Positions 45,475-64,000 of a stretch of DNA of 64,000 nt are shown here, one piece after another. Each line of letters starts with the position of its first letter. Within the stretch, counting starts at the first letter, position 1. The notes below the pieces were generated by a model. The model had not been told where the DNA came from, did no database searches, and worked only from the letters and a program-made list of their open reading frames with translations. Origin of the DNA: the human T2T-CHM13v2.0 reference genome, Homo sapiens; NCBI RefSeq assembly GCF_009914755.1, contig NC_060946.1; one strand, given 5' to 3'. Made by a program: the position numbers and the translations under genes.

Positions 45475-46296
45475 TCAGAGCTACGGCCCCCAGCAGGGCA
45501 GGGCAGCTGGGCCTAAGCTCCCTGGGGAAGGAGGAGCCCAGAGGCCACGGTGGAGAGGAGCAGGCCTAGGAAGCACAGGCCCAGGGCTGTGCCCAGGACA
45601 ATACACACAGTCCCGTGCATCCTCATGATGGGATGACTGCCGACTGGAGCAGGCACTACTGCGAACACCATGTTGTAACGTCTGTTTAATTTTCATCACT
45701 TACTAATCGCAACCCTTTATGGCACGCTGCCCCTTCCATGAGAGCCCTCCAAACCTGTAAGAGCTTTGGTTCTCCTGAACCACAGCTGGCATTTGGTTGG
45801 CACTTTTCACGAAGTGAATGCCAAGCTGGCTGCCAAGAAGCCTGAACCCCATTTGTGGTCTTCTCTAATGACAGCTGCTGTCCCCTGGCATCTGTTCTCT
45901 GTGTGCACCCACCTGGCTCTATCCTATTTCCCCACCTTCCCTTCCTTTTGGCCCAAACCTTAATTATCCCATGGGTTGCTGACCATTTCCTAAAGGGCCA
46001 GATAGTGCATTCTTTAGAGTATGCAGGCCCTACAGTCTCTGCAGCAATGGCTCAACCCCACTACCACAGCACAAAGCAACCAGAGACAACATGAGAACCA
46101 TGGAGCGTGGCTGTGTTCAGTCTATCGTTCCCTACAAAATGCAGGGGCCGGATCCGGCTGCCACAGTTGGCTGCCCGATGTCTTCTACTGTTCTATCCTG
46201 CCCCCGAGTCCACATCCCCCTCAGCTGCTCTCAGATCTTTTGGAATAAGGAAGTGATATGAATGCATAAATAAATCGTTTAAAAGACAGTCAAACC

Positions 46297-47852
46297 GCAG
46301 GAGTTTGAGACCAGCCTGGGCGATATGGTGAGATCCCTGTCACTATGAAAAACATCTAAAAATTAGCTGGGTGTGGTGGTGGTGCACGCCTGTGGTCCCA
46401 GCCACTCAGGAAGCTGATGTGGGAGGATCACTTGAGCTGTGGTTGCACCACGGCACCCCAGCCTGGGCAACAGACAGAGACAGTCTCCAAAAAAAAAAAA
46501 AAAAAAAACCCAAACTATTTTAAAAAAACCCAAACTATAATTAAATAATTATAATAATGTAATGATATAATGATAATTAAAGTGATTTTAACTCAGTGCT
46601 CAATGGAGCCCAGGCTGGAGTGCAGTGGCGTGATCTCGGCTTGCTACAGCCTCCACCTCCCAGCCGCCTGCCTTGGCCTCCCAAAATGCCAAGATTGCAG
46701 CCTCTTCCCGGCCGCCACCCCATCTGGGAAGTGAGGAGCGTCTCTGCCTGGCCGCCCATCGTCTGGGATGTGAGGAGCCCCTCTGCCTGGCTGCCCAGTC
46801 TGGAAGGTGAGGGGTGTCTCTGCCCGGCCGCCATCCCATCTAGGAGGTGAGGAGCGCCTCTTCCCGGCCGCCATCACATCTAGGAAGTGAGGAGCGTCTC
46901 TGCCCGGCCGCCCATCGTCTGAGATGTGGGGAGCGCCTCTGCCCCGCCGCCCCGTCTGGGATGTGAGGAGTGCCTCTGCCCAGTGGCGACCCCGTCTGGG
47001 AGGTGAGGAGCATCTCTGCCCGGCCGCCCCGTCTGAGAAGTGAGGAGACCCTCTGCCTGGCAACCGCCCCGTCTGAGAGGTGAGGAGCCCCTCCGCCCTG
47101 CAGCCGCCCCGTCTGAGAGGTGAGGAGCCCCTCCGCCCGGCGGCCACCCCGTCTGGGAAGTGAGGAGCGTCTCCGCCCGGCAGCCACCCCATCCGGGAGG
47201 GAGGTGGGGGGGTCAGCCCCCCGCCAGGCCAGCCGCCCCGTCCGGGAGGTGAGGGGCGCCTCTGCCCGGCCGCCCCTACTGGTTAGTGAGGAGCCCCTCT
47301 GCCAGGCCACCACCCCGTCTGGGAGGTGTACCCAACAGCTCATTGATAGCGGGCCATGATGACAATGGCGGTTTTGTGGAATAGAAAGGGGGGAAAGGTG
47401 GGGAAAAGATTGAGAAATCGGATGGTTGCCGTGTCTGTGTAGAAAGAAGTATACATGGGAGACTTTTCATTTTGTTGTGTACAAGAAAAATTCTTCTGCC
47501 TTGGGATCTTGTTGATCTGTGACCTTACCCCCAACCCTGTGCTCTCTGAAACATGTGCTGTGTCCACTCAGGGTTAAATGGATTAAGGGCGGTGCAAGAT
47601 GTGCTTTGTTAAACAGATGCTTGAAGGCAGCATGCTCTTAAGAGTCATCACCACTCCCTAATCTCAAGTACCCAGGGACACAAACACTGCGGAAGGCCAA
47701 AGGGTCCTCTGCCTAGGAAAACCGGAGACCTTTGTTCACTTGTTTATCTGCTGACCTTCCCTCCACTATTGTCCTATGACCCTGCCAAATCCCCCTCTGC
47801 GAGAAACACCCAAGAATGATCAATAAAAAAATTAAAAAAAAAAAAAAAAAAA
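46297..47852 (+). mobile_element. SVA retrotransposon, antisense to MYH9 in intron 31 (SVA body 46591-47852: partial Alu-like region, VNTR, SINE-R, poly(A)), with ~290 bp extra 5' sequence
   Basis: gtgaggagcg...gccccgtctggga VNTR units; HERV-K-derived SINE-R; AATAAA at 47822; 16-bp TSD AAAAGACAGTCAAACC at 46281-46296 and 47853-47868. Confidence 0.96.
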
Positions 47853-48087
47853 AAAAGACAGTCAAACCAGTTCATTAGAGAAAATCTGAAAAATGTAAAA
47901 AATCAGAAAGGAAAAGTCACTCCTCAACCCATCGCATGAAGACGCCCTCTTCCGCTGGCCTTCTCCCTGGGACCCTCAACAAGCCAGAGCCTGAGGGTCC
48001 TCTAAGCACTGGCCCCGCACGGCCCCTCCCCGGCGAGACCCTGAGGGAGCCCAGGCTTTCTCTGATGGGCCCTTTGCTTTGGACTCA

Positions 48088-48429
<342 letters not shown>

Positions 48430-49235
48430 TCAGGTGGCACACCCGTCCCTGGGGCAGCTGGGAGCCTGCCTGCCACACCGTGGAAGGGGCACCAGGGATC
48501 TGCCCAGTTATGAAACCGCCTCCCCCAGTCACTTCCCTCTCCACAGGGGCGAGACAAATGGAGCTTCTGCAAAGGGGCATCTGTCTACTGTGTGAAGCCC
48601 GGGGGAGGCTGACCCCCAGGCCCGCTGTGGGGGCTCCCAGCCCACATCCACACCAAGCCTCTTGCTCTACGGAGACTGCTCCCAGAGAGCAGGGCCAGTG
48701 CCCTGTAGGGTGTCCACGGGGTCCCCATCACCCAGCCCCATCCTTGCACTTGGAGATAAACCCACAATCAGGCACGCTCGCGGGCTACTCCTACCCTGAC
48801 TGTGGAATGGACTCCCAGCCCATCCCGAGGTGGTTCAGGCCTTCTGGCCTGGCACATGGAGGCCCAAGATAGGATCTAGAGCAGGGGCTCTGAAACCATA
48901 TTAGGCTACGGACCCCTTCGCAGTCTAGAGAGGCCAAGGGACTCCTTCTCATGACAATGTTGTAACAGGCATGAAATAAACATGGGATCAGCAGGGCAAC
49001 CAGTACAGAAAAATGCAGTTGTCACACATTCTAAAAAACCATGGCTCAGGAAGCCACGTGCTGCTAGATAGCACATCAGATAACAAACAGCGCAGGCCTG
49101 GGACCCATGAGGCCAAGGAGCTCGGCCACAACCCTGACAGGGTAACTGGCCATTTCTACAGATGATGACGGCACAGGGACTGCCACCACCATGGCTTGCT
49201 GCCTACATCCATAATGGAAGCAATGCTGAATTTCA

Positions 49236-49631
<396 letters not shown>

Positions 49632-49842
49632 CTACTCGCGGGTTGAGAGGGGTGCGGGTGCTTAGGAGGGTGGTGTCCAAAACCCAGGAACCCCACACCC
49701 TTGAGGAGAGGGAGGAGCTGGTCCTGCTGATTTAGGGGATGGCCACGTAAAGACCTGGAGGGAGCTGGGAGGACGCAGAGACCCACCCACAGGATGAAGC
49801 AGATGAAGGAGAGGATGGGCAATCCGATGGGCTCTGAAGCTA

Positions 49843-50073
<231 letters not shown>

Positions 50074-50106
50074 TCATCTCCTTTAGGTAAAGCTGGACCT
50101 GAGTCA

Positions 50107-50448
<342 letters not shown>

Positions 50449-50949
50449 CTAGCAGGGAAGAAAGCAAAGACGTGAGTGGGGGCCTCCTGACACAAGGCTG
50501 GCTGGTCTATCATCACTGGACCCTAGATCCAGACATCGCTGCTTCTGCAGCCCTGACGACGGTGTGCCTGCGTCCTGGACTCAGACGGCTCGGGCCTCAT
50601 CTGTCCTGTCCTCTTCTCTCTTAGCTGGTGGGTGACACTTGGTTCCTGTCTTCACTGCTTAGGACATCTCACAGCTTCCCCATCTCTAAAATAATACCTG
50701 CCCAGCCTTCTGCCCTGGGTAGAGGCCAGGTTCTAGGGCATGGCATTGGTGTTGCAGATGTTAGCAATATTTGTAACGCAATAAGGGGAACTATAATTGT
50801 TTGCAGTTAGACTTCCAATAAAGCCTGTCTGAAGTCTGATGTTCAAAGTAACGATGTAATGTTTTCACCCTCAAATAATCACGAGACAGACATACCATAA
50901 TCCTCCCTTATGAACAGGGAAACTGAGGCACGAGTCACAAAGCCCCTTA

Positions 50950-51369
<420 letters not shown>

Positions 51370-51485
51370 CTATCCCATAGCCCAGGCTCAAATACGCCCT
51401 GTGAGAGCTTCTGTAGCCTTTCAGCTTTAAAGCCCAGCCTTGCCTCACCCCCAACTTTGAGCCAGGTCCTTCAACAGACTTTCTA

Positions 51486-51905
<420 letters not shown>

Positions 51906-52383
51906 TCACCTCCAAGGAGCAGAGTTTGCAGGACAGGCCTGAGAGAGCTGCAGCAGCCAAAGCTGCCTCCTGTGGTCACAATCATGGCACTTAGGATGGC
52001 TCTCAGCAGAAACAACATCTGAGACAACCAGATTGAAGGGCAACACCCCTCTGAGAAGCAGAAAACCTCATAAAGGAATCGTTTCAATTTCCAAAGTAAG
52101 ATTCACTGCTTCAAATATTTTTAAAAGTCAAATGATGTGTTAAATGGGAAGAAAAGGAAATAAAACGCTACACCACAGGACAACTGCAACTCAGTAAAAA
52201 TACGAATGTGCTACGGACTTTAGATGGTTATGACAGGTCAACGTAGGTTCACCAATTAGAACAGACACAGCACTGTGGTAGGGGATGTTGACTGCAGGGG
52301 AGGCGGTGCGTGAGTGGGGCAGCGGATAGATGGAGAATCTTCTGCTGACTCTTCTGTGAATCTAAAACTACTCTAAAAAATAA

Positions 52384-52684
<301 letters not shown>

Positions 52685-52990
52685 CAAGTCTTTTTTTTTT
52701 TTTTTTTTTTTTTAAGTGTGCCTATAGCAAGAAATTAGGAAAGGACTATTGTAGGTGGGTGATAGAGCTGTGGATGACTTTTTTTCAAATTATAAACAAA
52801 CAAAAGACAAATGAGGCCCCTCACCATGCCCTGAGTGCACAAGAACTGTTTTGCTATGAAATAAATGGCTCTTTTAAGACAACAGTGGAAAGAATGCTCA
52901 CAGCTCACTAGTGCCGAGAACTAGGGCCAGCAGCAAGCAGGAAGGGCTGGCCCAGGCCACCTGGCCTCAGGCGGGCAGGCGGGGTCCTCA

Positions 52991-53218
<228 letters not shown>

Positions 53219-55044
53219 TCAATTACTTATACAAAATACTGAGCACTCGTTATGAAACGTGTGTCAGGCTTAAAGCATCACAAACACACAGACACTCGCA
53301 CCCAACTCCTGGATGCAGGAAGAGGACATCACTGCAAACTGCTAGCCCCTGGCATGTCTCTCTCCAACTCACCCCTTGTCCTTCCCTGCCAGGAATTAAG
53401 TACTCTCCTAAAGCTGGTGTTTGTAATTCCCTTGGTTCCCTTGAAGGCTGTACCATGTCTGTATCTCTAAAAAACATGTTCAATTGTGTGTGAATCTGAA
53501 CTTATATAATGGAACTGCCTTGTGTGAATTCCACAGTTGGAATCACACGGTCAGGGCTCTATGTCTAGCTTTATAACTCTGTGATGTCACTTGGGAAAGC
53601 TACTTTCTATACCTCATCTGAATAATAAGCAAAAGGAGACAGCCTACTTCATTAGGATGCTGTGAGGCGCCAATGAGTTACTATCTTAAAAAGCACCTAG
53701 AACAGTGCCTGCCTCGTGATGGTTATTCCCTGCCGTGCCTTTGCCACCCCATCACATGATCTTGAGATGTAGCCCGTGAAGTTTCGCTGGAATAGATGTG
53801 TAAGGACATTTGTCTAGGATTCCATTATGAGAATACACCACAACTTACTTATGTACCCGTCCTGCAGCTGGCGGGCATGCGGCTGTGTTCATCGCACGCT
53901 CTGATCAACGCTGCTGCAAGCATCCTGCTCACTCTCAGTGCACACGGCTGAGTGACGGATGGAACGGCCAGGTCACCGGCATGCTAAGTTTCAACCTCAC
54001 TAGGACTGCCGGATCGTTCTCTAACGCCGTCTACCAGTTTGCAGTCCCAGCAGCAGCATATGTGTGCTCTGACAGCTCCGTGTCTATGTTAGCCCTTATT
54101 AGTGTCAACCTTTCATGTCTGTCCATCTGGTGGGTGCAAGGCAACCCCTAGACCTCCTAGATGACCAAGTCTTCCGGGCTCCTCCCAGGTGAGGGAGGGT
54201 GTCTGTGAGGGAAGAGATCTCTCTGTGTCCGGACCTCTCTTCTGCTGGACCTGACTCACCTCATCCCCTGCAGATGTGAGGGGGCCGGACAAGACTGTGA
54301 AACTAAGCTGGGGATAATCCTCCCGGTGGTCAGGTTTTGGTCTCCCTCCCCTGGGTATGAGCTCAGAGTTCCCAGAGTAGTCGGGGTTCCCCTGTTCCCC
54401 CAGCTGTCCACTCCTCTCAAGGGGCAGGGCTGGGGATCCTCAGACAGCCACGGACCTGTGCTTCTACCCCAGCACCCCCTCCCTGCCACAGATCCCGAGG
54501 GCACACAGAGACAAGGCAGGATTTGTCACCCTGCCCCAAGTCAAGCAATGAACTTCCGCAGTATTCGTCTAGGACTTTACGGTACATATGTGTTCACATG
54601 TATTTAATGAAATTCTCACAGACACCCTAGCACTGTGTCCCCTTTTTAGGTAAAACTAAAGCTCATGGAGCTTAAGTCATAGCTGCAAGATGAGCCAGCT
54701 AGTCAGTGACAGAGCTAGTGAGTCCTGTGGGTCAAACCCGGAGCCTCCTAGGAAGTCTCAGAAGCTTCCAAAACCCACGGCACACAACAGAGCAATGCCA
54801 AAGCTCTCTAAACACGCTTCATGCAGTGGGGGCATCTAGCCACAGAGCAACAGGGGCCTGGAGGCTCAGGTTCCCGCAGGCACCAGACACGGCTCCCCTC
54901 GACCTGGTGACCTCAGGTCTAAAGGGCAGCAGCCAGTGCTGTAGTGTGACCCAGGCTCACCCGTGAGCTGAGAAGGCCTCGGTGTTCCGGTCAGACAGGC
55001 CGGCCCCTGACCGCCAGCCCTTGCCCGCCAGCCCCTGCCCATCA

Positions 55045-55245
<201 letters not shown>

Positions 55246-56155
55246 CTAGCCTCAAAGCATGACTCGCCCGGAAATTTGGGGCTGAATGGAGAGGGCTTTA
55301 GACGCTTGATCAAGTTCATTAGGATTTTCCTAGATCAAAGGATAATTTTTAAAGGTCACGAGCTCCCCTGAAACAGCGAGGTACGCTTCCTTAGAACCAA
55401 AAAATGTGGGTGCCCAAGCCCTTCCCCTTCCCCTGTGGGCTTGGGTGAGAAAGGATTCCAGGTGACAGCTAGTGTCAGCAGGGACAGATGGCTCCACTCC
55501 TTCAAGAGGCTGCCACACGGCGCTCACCTGTGCCACCAGGCCACCTTCTCCGTGCCCCTCTCTCACCTGCCAGGTGGGCCACGGCCCCTCCCCCTCTTCA
55601 GCCCCGCGGTGCCCCGGGCTGCTCTCCTTGCTTTCTGTTCTGTGTGGCCCCTGCAACACCCCTGCCCAGCGGCCACAGCTCGGCACAAGCACCTGAGTCC
55701 CCTCATCCCAGTCCCGGGTGGGCGTCCTGCCACCTCAGCCTCCCCAGCCTTTGGGGCTCCCATGTTCTGAGGAGGCCCGAAAGGTGGGGAGGCTGCCTTC
55801 TCCTGCCTTCTCCTCTAACTGGTTCCCCGGCTGCTATCTGCTCCCTGGGCAGACACCGACAGGGACCCAACTCATTCTCAAGAGGAATAGCTGCCGCCCA
55901 GGGACAGTGGAGGAAGAGTACCCCGTATCTCAACACAGAGCCACCAAGGTGTCCCCAACCCCACAGTGACCAACACTTGCAATGCTGCACAGATGGCCAC
56001 CTTTACACAGGCTCGGGTCTCACGGCTGGCAAAGAAGAGCTTTCTAGAGGGGAAAGGACAAACCCTTCCCCAGGGCCCCTTTGCTTATGAGGAAATCCCT
56101 CAACTAAGGCCCATGGGACCTCCAGGGAGCACTTGCAGTTAAGCAGAAGCCCTCA

Positions 56156-56755
<600 letters not shown>

Positions 56756-56909
56756 CTAATGGCAGGGAAATCAAATTGGCCTTGATGCTGGCCCAGGCAG
56801 TGCTCATGGAGATCTCAGATGCACATGTCACAAACTACCAGCCCAAAGGGAACACCTCTCACTGAGAGCCCCAAGCAGACTGCGTGAGGAGCAGCCTCCT
56901 TGGACCCTA

Positions 56910-57248
<339 letters not shown>

Positions 57249-57565
57249 TCAAGCCACTCCATCCTCAAGGACGGACGCCATGGCTCGGGATCCCAGAGGG
57301 AAAGGAACATGCAGACAAAAGTAGCTTTCATCTGGAGAGCTCTGAAGCTTCCAGGTACCTTCCAGACATCGTGTCCTTGATTTTTCACTACCCCATGAGC
57401 TCCAGAGCAAGGTCCCAGGAAATGGGCTCAAGTCATGTGGTAGAGCTGAGGTTTGAACCCAACACTTGTGAACGTTCCACTCTATTAAGTGGCCTCCCTA
57501 CATCACTTAACACCCAATGGGGTCTGCAGAGAGACTGGTCACTGTTTACAGTAATAGGAAACTCA

Positions 57566-58015
<450 letters not shown>

Positions 58016-58454
58016 CTATCCCTGCGTGTGCGTGAAGATGTTCACCTCGGCATTGTTTATCACAGCAAGAAAATGAGGAAGGACCCATCTCTGAAAAAGT
58101 ACCCAGATAATGATGTGTTCCCTAGGGAACAGCACACTACCTCTAAAAAAACGATGCTTATGAAGGAATCATAAATGGAACGTACGAACTACAACTGTTT
58201 ATATGAGTCAAACTCAGCTATGGAAGAATGTATACTGTTTACATAGCTGAGGTTTTATAGGCAGTGAGAAAAAGAGCGAGAAATTAAACACTAAAATAGC
58301 TGCTGCTGTTGGTTTAGGCTAAGGGTTTATGTGTGAATTTTTATTTAATTCTTTAGGCTTTTTGTGAGTTGGTTTTTCGCCATTACCATAAATTATGTAT
58401 TATACACAAAAGCAGCCCGGACAAGTTTAAAAATAAAGAGATTTTTTTTTTAAA

Positions 58455-58845
<391 letters not shown>

Positions 58846-59624
58846 TCAGCGCGGAGCAGTGGACAGCAGACCCGACCTAACAGTCCTGGTCTTGTCCTCA
58901 AGCTTTTCTGGGGGTCTACCCTTGCCTGGGGCACCTCAAGAAAGAAATTCAGGGAAGGGGTCTGGCCTTGGGGTTGAGATAAGTTTCTCCCACTTACAGG
59001 CTGTGTGACTCCATGAGGCACTAATCTTACAGTCGGTGAAGGACCTAGGTCACCAGACTACCCCTCCACTGAGGTGCCCATGGGGGTGAAGGCACGTGTG
59101 AAGTAACCACAGATCCTACTCAGTGTGGGGACTGAGCGTGACCCTTGGTGATTAAGCCGACTGGCCCTGGGTGACTCTGGACTTCAGCTTCCCACCCTTC
59201 GTGCTGTTCCCTATCTGAGCTTTTGTTTGGTGGGAGAACGTCAGAAGCTGATGTACTGTGAAGGTGGGCTGCAGGTGTCAGCTGGAGGGCTTTTGGATAA
59301 ACAAGCCTCCATCTGTGCAAATGCTCAAGCTTCGTCTCCCAGAGCTCGGCGCTCCTGCTAGGACCCCATCCCCGAGCACAAGGGGACGAGTGTGCAGTGC
59401 CCACAGCCACTGTCCTGCAGCAGGGGAGCCGTCATTCCCCAGGGAGTCAAAGATGAGTCTGGACTCGAGGATGGCCTGCTCCCCTGGAATCACAGGGTTC
59501 TTTAGGGACAGGCAGGCTCTGGGTGCTGTCCCCACAAGGGTCACACGGTAAGGAGTCCTGGTAAGCAGGATCCTTCAGGCAGGCAAATCCAAGCAGAGTC
59601 GGCCTCTTCCCACCCATCACTCTA

Positions 59625-59983
<359 letters not shown>

Positions 59984-60142
59984 TCAAAGGTAGAAATCCA
60001 GGAACAGGGGTAGGAAGAGCCACCTGGGCCTCCCTGACAGGCATGTGACTGGCTGCAGCGGGGTGGCCTGCTAAGTGCCCTTTGGCAACAGAAGGGCGTG
60101 GCAAGGCCTGGCATGCGGGGCAGGAGTATCTCCCGGGACTCA

Positions 60143-60304
<162 letters not shown>

Positions 60305-61175
60305 CTAGGTGGGAGGAGCAGGCCGTTTACCTGGCCAGCAACTGGCCACAGCTCCATGAAAGGGTGGCCCAGGCACAGCTGGAGGTGTGCCCTTCACCCT
60401 TCTTCTCACTGGCTGACGAGCATCTGGAGAGCAGAAAGCCATCTCCTCTCCCTCCTTCTTCCTGTTCCCTATCTCCCCGTCACCGAACGCAGGCTGTGCA
60501 CACAGTAGGTGTTGAATTTTTCCTTCTCTTTTCCTCCCACCAACTCCCTACTCTGCAGCCAAAGCTTTCTGATTCTTTAGAAAGAACGTGAAGTAAAACA
60601 AGGCCAAAGGTAGCAGCTGCTAACCTGGACACGCCAGAAACAACAGGATGCTGGGAAGGGGAAAAAAGGAGCAGGGTGGGATTCAGCCCTGGCTTGGCAC
60701 TGAGTCACCGCAGGGCTTTCAATCAACCGGAACTCAGAGCATGCGCACAGCCCGTCCAGCACTGCGCTAGGGCTGGGAGTGGGGAGGGAGGGAGGAGAAG
60801 CCCAGGTCACGGAGCACCAGGCCTGCTGCCCTGGCTGTGAGCTGCCCTGCTCACCACACTGGATGTGGAGTCAGGCCCGTGAGCAAGAAAGCAGGAGAAT
60901 GTCCCCCAAACCAAAGAGGCCATCATCTTACATCAGAGCCCGGCCATGGCTACAGTTCTTGTCTCCTCCACACAACCCTGGTGCCAAACACCATCCCTGG
61001 CTATCTGAGGCCTAGGGGCTACTGCAAAGGGCGCCCGGCAGAGTCAGACGCGGAGCATCAGAAGGGACACAGCCTGGGCATCCACCGACCACTGATATAG
61101 CAAGGTGGGCCCTGGCCACGTGGGCACTCCCCAGACAAGGGGCTGCCCATCCAGAGAGGCAGGGACAGCAGCTCA

Positions 61176-61280
<105 letters not shown>

Positions 61281-62077
61281 TTACCCATTGCCTCGATTCC
61301 ACATGCCTGGAATATAGGCGAGAGATTAACATCATTTCTACAATGCAACAGACACAGAATTCTTTACACAAACTCTCCTAAGGAAAGAAGACACAGGCAA
61401 ATCCCACCCCACTCTTTTCTTCGGCTGAATGAGACAAGGAAGCCTTGGTGTTTTCCGGAAAGTGAATGGAAACTCGTGTAGGACCGTTTCAATCACTCAA
61501 GGGCGTGCTTCAGGTTGGACTAAGTGCTAATTGCCTGAGATCCTCATCTGTCACCCAGGGACAGCCATGTTCACACAGCTTCCCTGGGACGCTGCAGGGA
61601 GCTGCTAATAAACAGAGATGGCCCAAGAAATAAAGGGCTGCGTCCCGACAGCAACTGACACTCAGCACAGTCATTAGAGAAACAGGAAGGTGTCGCCGTC
61701 TTCGCACACAGCAACGCACGGCCGTGTTTCATTTCCACAAAGTTCCTGTAATATCCTAGGTCTCTGGCTGATTCTTTTACATTTCTTTTCATAGCTCCTC
61801 TAACTGTAGCAAATAGCACCAGGGCCGGCAGTTACTAGGAGCAAAAGTCAACAGGATGATGATGACCTGCATTTCGGTATTAAAATGGGGAAGTCTCCTT
61901 TCCTGCAAAGGGTGGAAAAGAGAAGGAGGTGGGGAAGAGCTGGCCAGACTCAGTTCTACATGGATGGAGGACGTCGCTCCCTCACGACAGGATCCTGCCA
62001 GGGAGCAGCAGCCCACCTCTGGGACTCACTGCACGCACAGCAGGGCCCAGGAGAAGCGGGCTCCGGGCCCTGGCTCA

Positions 62078-62260
<183 letters not shown>

Positions 62261-62298
62261 TCAGGGAACCCCTATGAACCTGACAGGGCAAGAGCCTA

Positions 62299-62898
<600 letters not shown>

Positions 62899-63663
62899 CT
62901 ACACTGGGTGCTAAGGTCATCCCCAAACACAGCGGGAAGCCAAGGGGGATGCAAAGGCACTGGGCTTGTCTCTTGGGGAGCCATGCATCTGCCACGGCCA
63001 CCTCACCTTCCTGTCACCTATCTTCAGCCACTCTCGAAGCTCTTATTTCCAAAAAGACTCAATGAAGCTAGTCATGTATTTTGGAATAGTGAGAATTCTA
63101 CTAGCCTGGCTCTAACGAGGGGTGTGAAAACCTGGCTTACGGAATCCTGCTGTCCTATGGTCACAGTTAGAAAAAAAAAAAATCAGTATCTTGAATTCTC
63201 ACTGACCCTGTCATAAGAGCACTCGGCTGGGAGTCAGGAGGCAGAGCTTGGGGCCACCCTGTCACTGTCTGCAGAACCTTGCAGGGTCCCCTCTATATCT
63301 ACGCAGACATCTCAGGAAGGGAGAGCTCCAAAGAACTGCTCTTGATTATAAATACTCCAAAGTTTAGGGATCTCTTCACGTACTTGTATTTCATTTTGTC
63401 TCCTGGTGCACGGGTCTTTCTCATGTAAACCGACCCTCAAGGGAAGCAGCCCCTAGCACTGGAACTCACACCCAGCAGCAATTAAACCAATTGCATCCTC
63501 CAAGGTAAAAAACAAACAAACAAGCCAAACCAAAGTGGCCAGCGATTTGAGATCAGTTTAAGCAAGAGCTAATGTTAAATGTGAAGCCTTCTATTACTGG
63601 ATATAAAAGTGAAGAATACTGACGAAGCCCGTTTCGTATTCCTTCACGGCCAGATTACTATTA

Positions 63664-64000
<337 letters not shown>

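Noticed and set aside
46700-47330. Regular ~40-bp GC-rich repeats resembling a CRISPR array, and overlapping long ORFs
   Set aside because: SVA VNTR; no unique spacers and no cas genes, in human context

Overview
Human chromosome 22q12.3 APOL1-MYH9 locus. The complete APOL1 gene lies on the + strand: TSS ~9190, seven exons, 398-aa CDS ending at 22147, poly(A) signal at 23618. The encoded allele is non-risk G0 (S342, I384, N388-Y389 intact, N264) on the K150/I228/K255 background. About 13.8 kb downstream, the convergent MYH9 gene (- strand) is present from exon 16 to the 3' end (exon 41). All 26 exons splice in frame, and the disease-hotspot codons checked are wild type. The rest is dense in repeats: nested ERV LTRs and an env remnant upstream of APOL1, a solo LTR2B, about 25 Alus, a 3'-truncated L1PA and an SVA in MYH9 intron 31. 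I found no convincing new gene or biological system. The most notable structures are: (1) the SVA carries ~290 bp of apparent 5'-transduced flank inside its TSD; (2) a ~2.4 kb orphan copy of APOL1 intron 6 lies 17 kb upstream; (3) the LTR2B carries HRE/ETS/ONECUT motifs upstream of APOL1; (4) APOL1 has a candidate poison exon next to a perfect RFX X-box; (5) MYH9 exon 34 has a duplicated in-frame donor; (6) two identical 17-mer CTCF-like sites sit in MYH9 introns; (7) the APOL1 3'UTR has its known inverted Alu pair. Repeat family names and repeat boundaries are from recall and are approximate.
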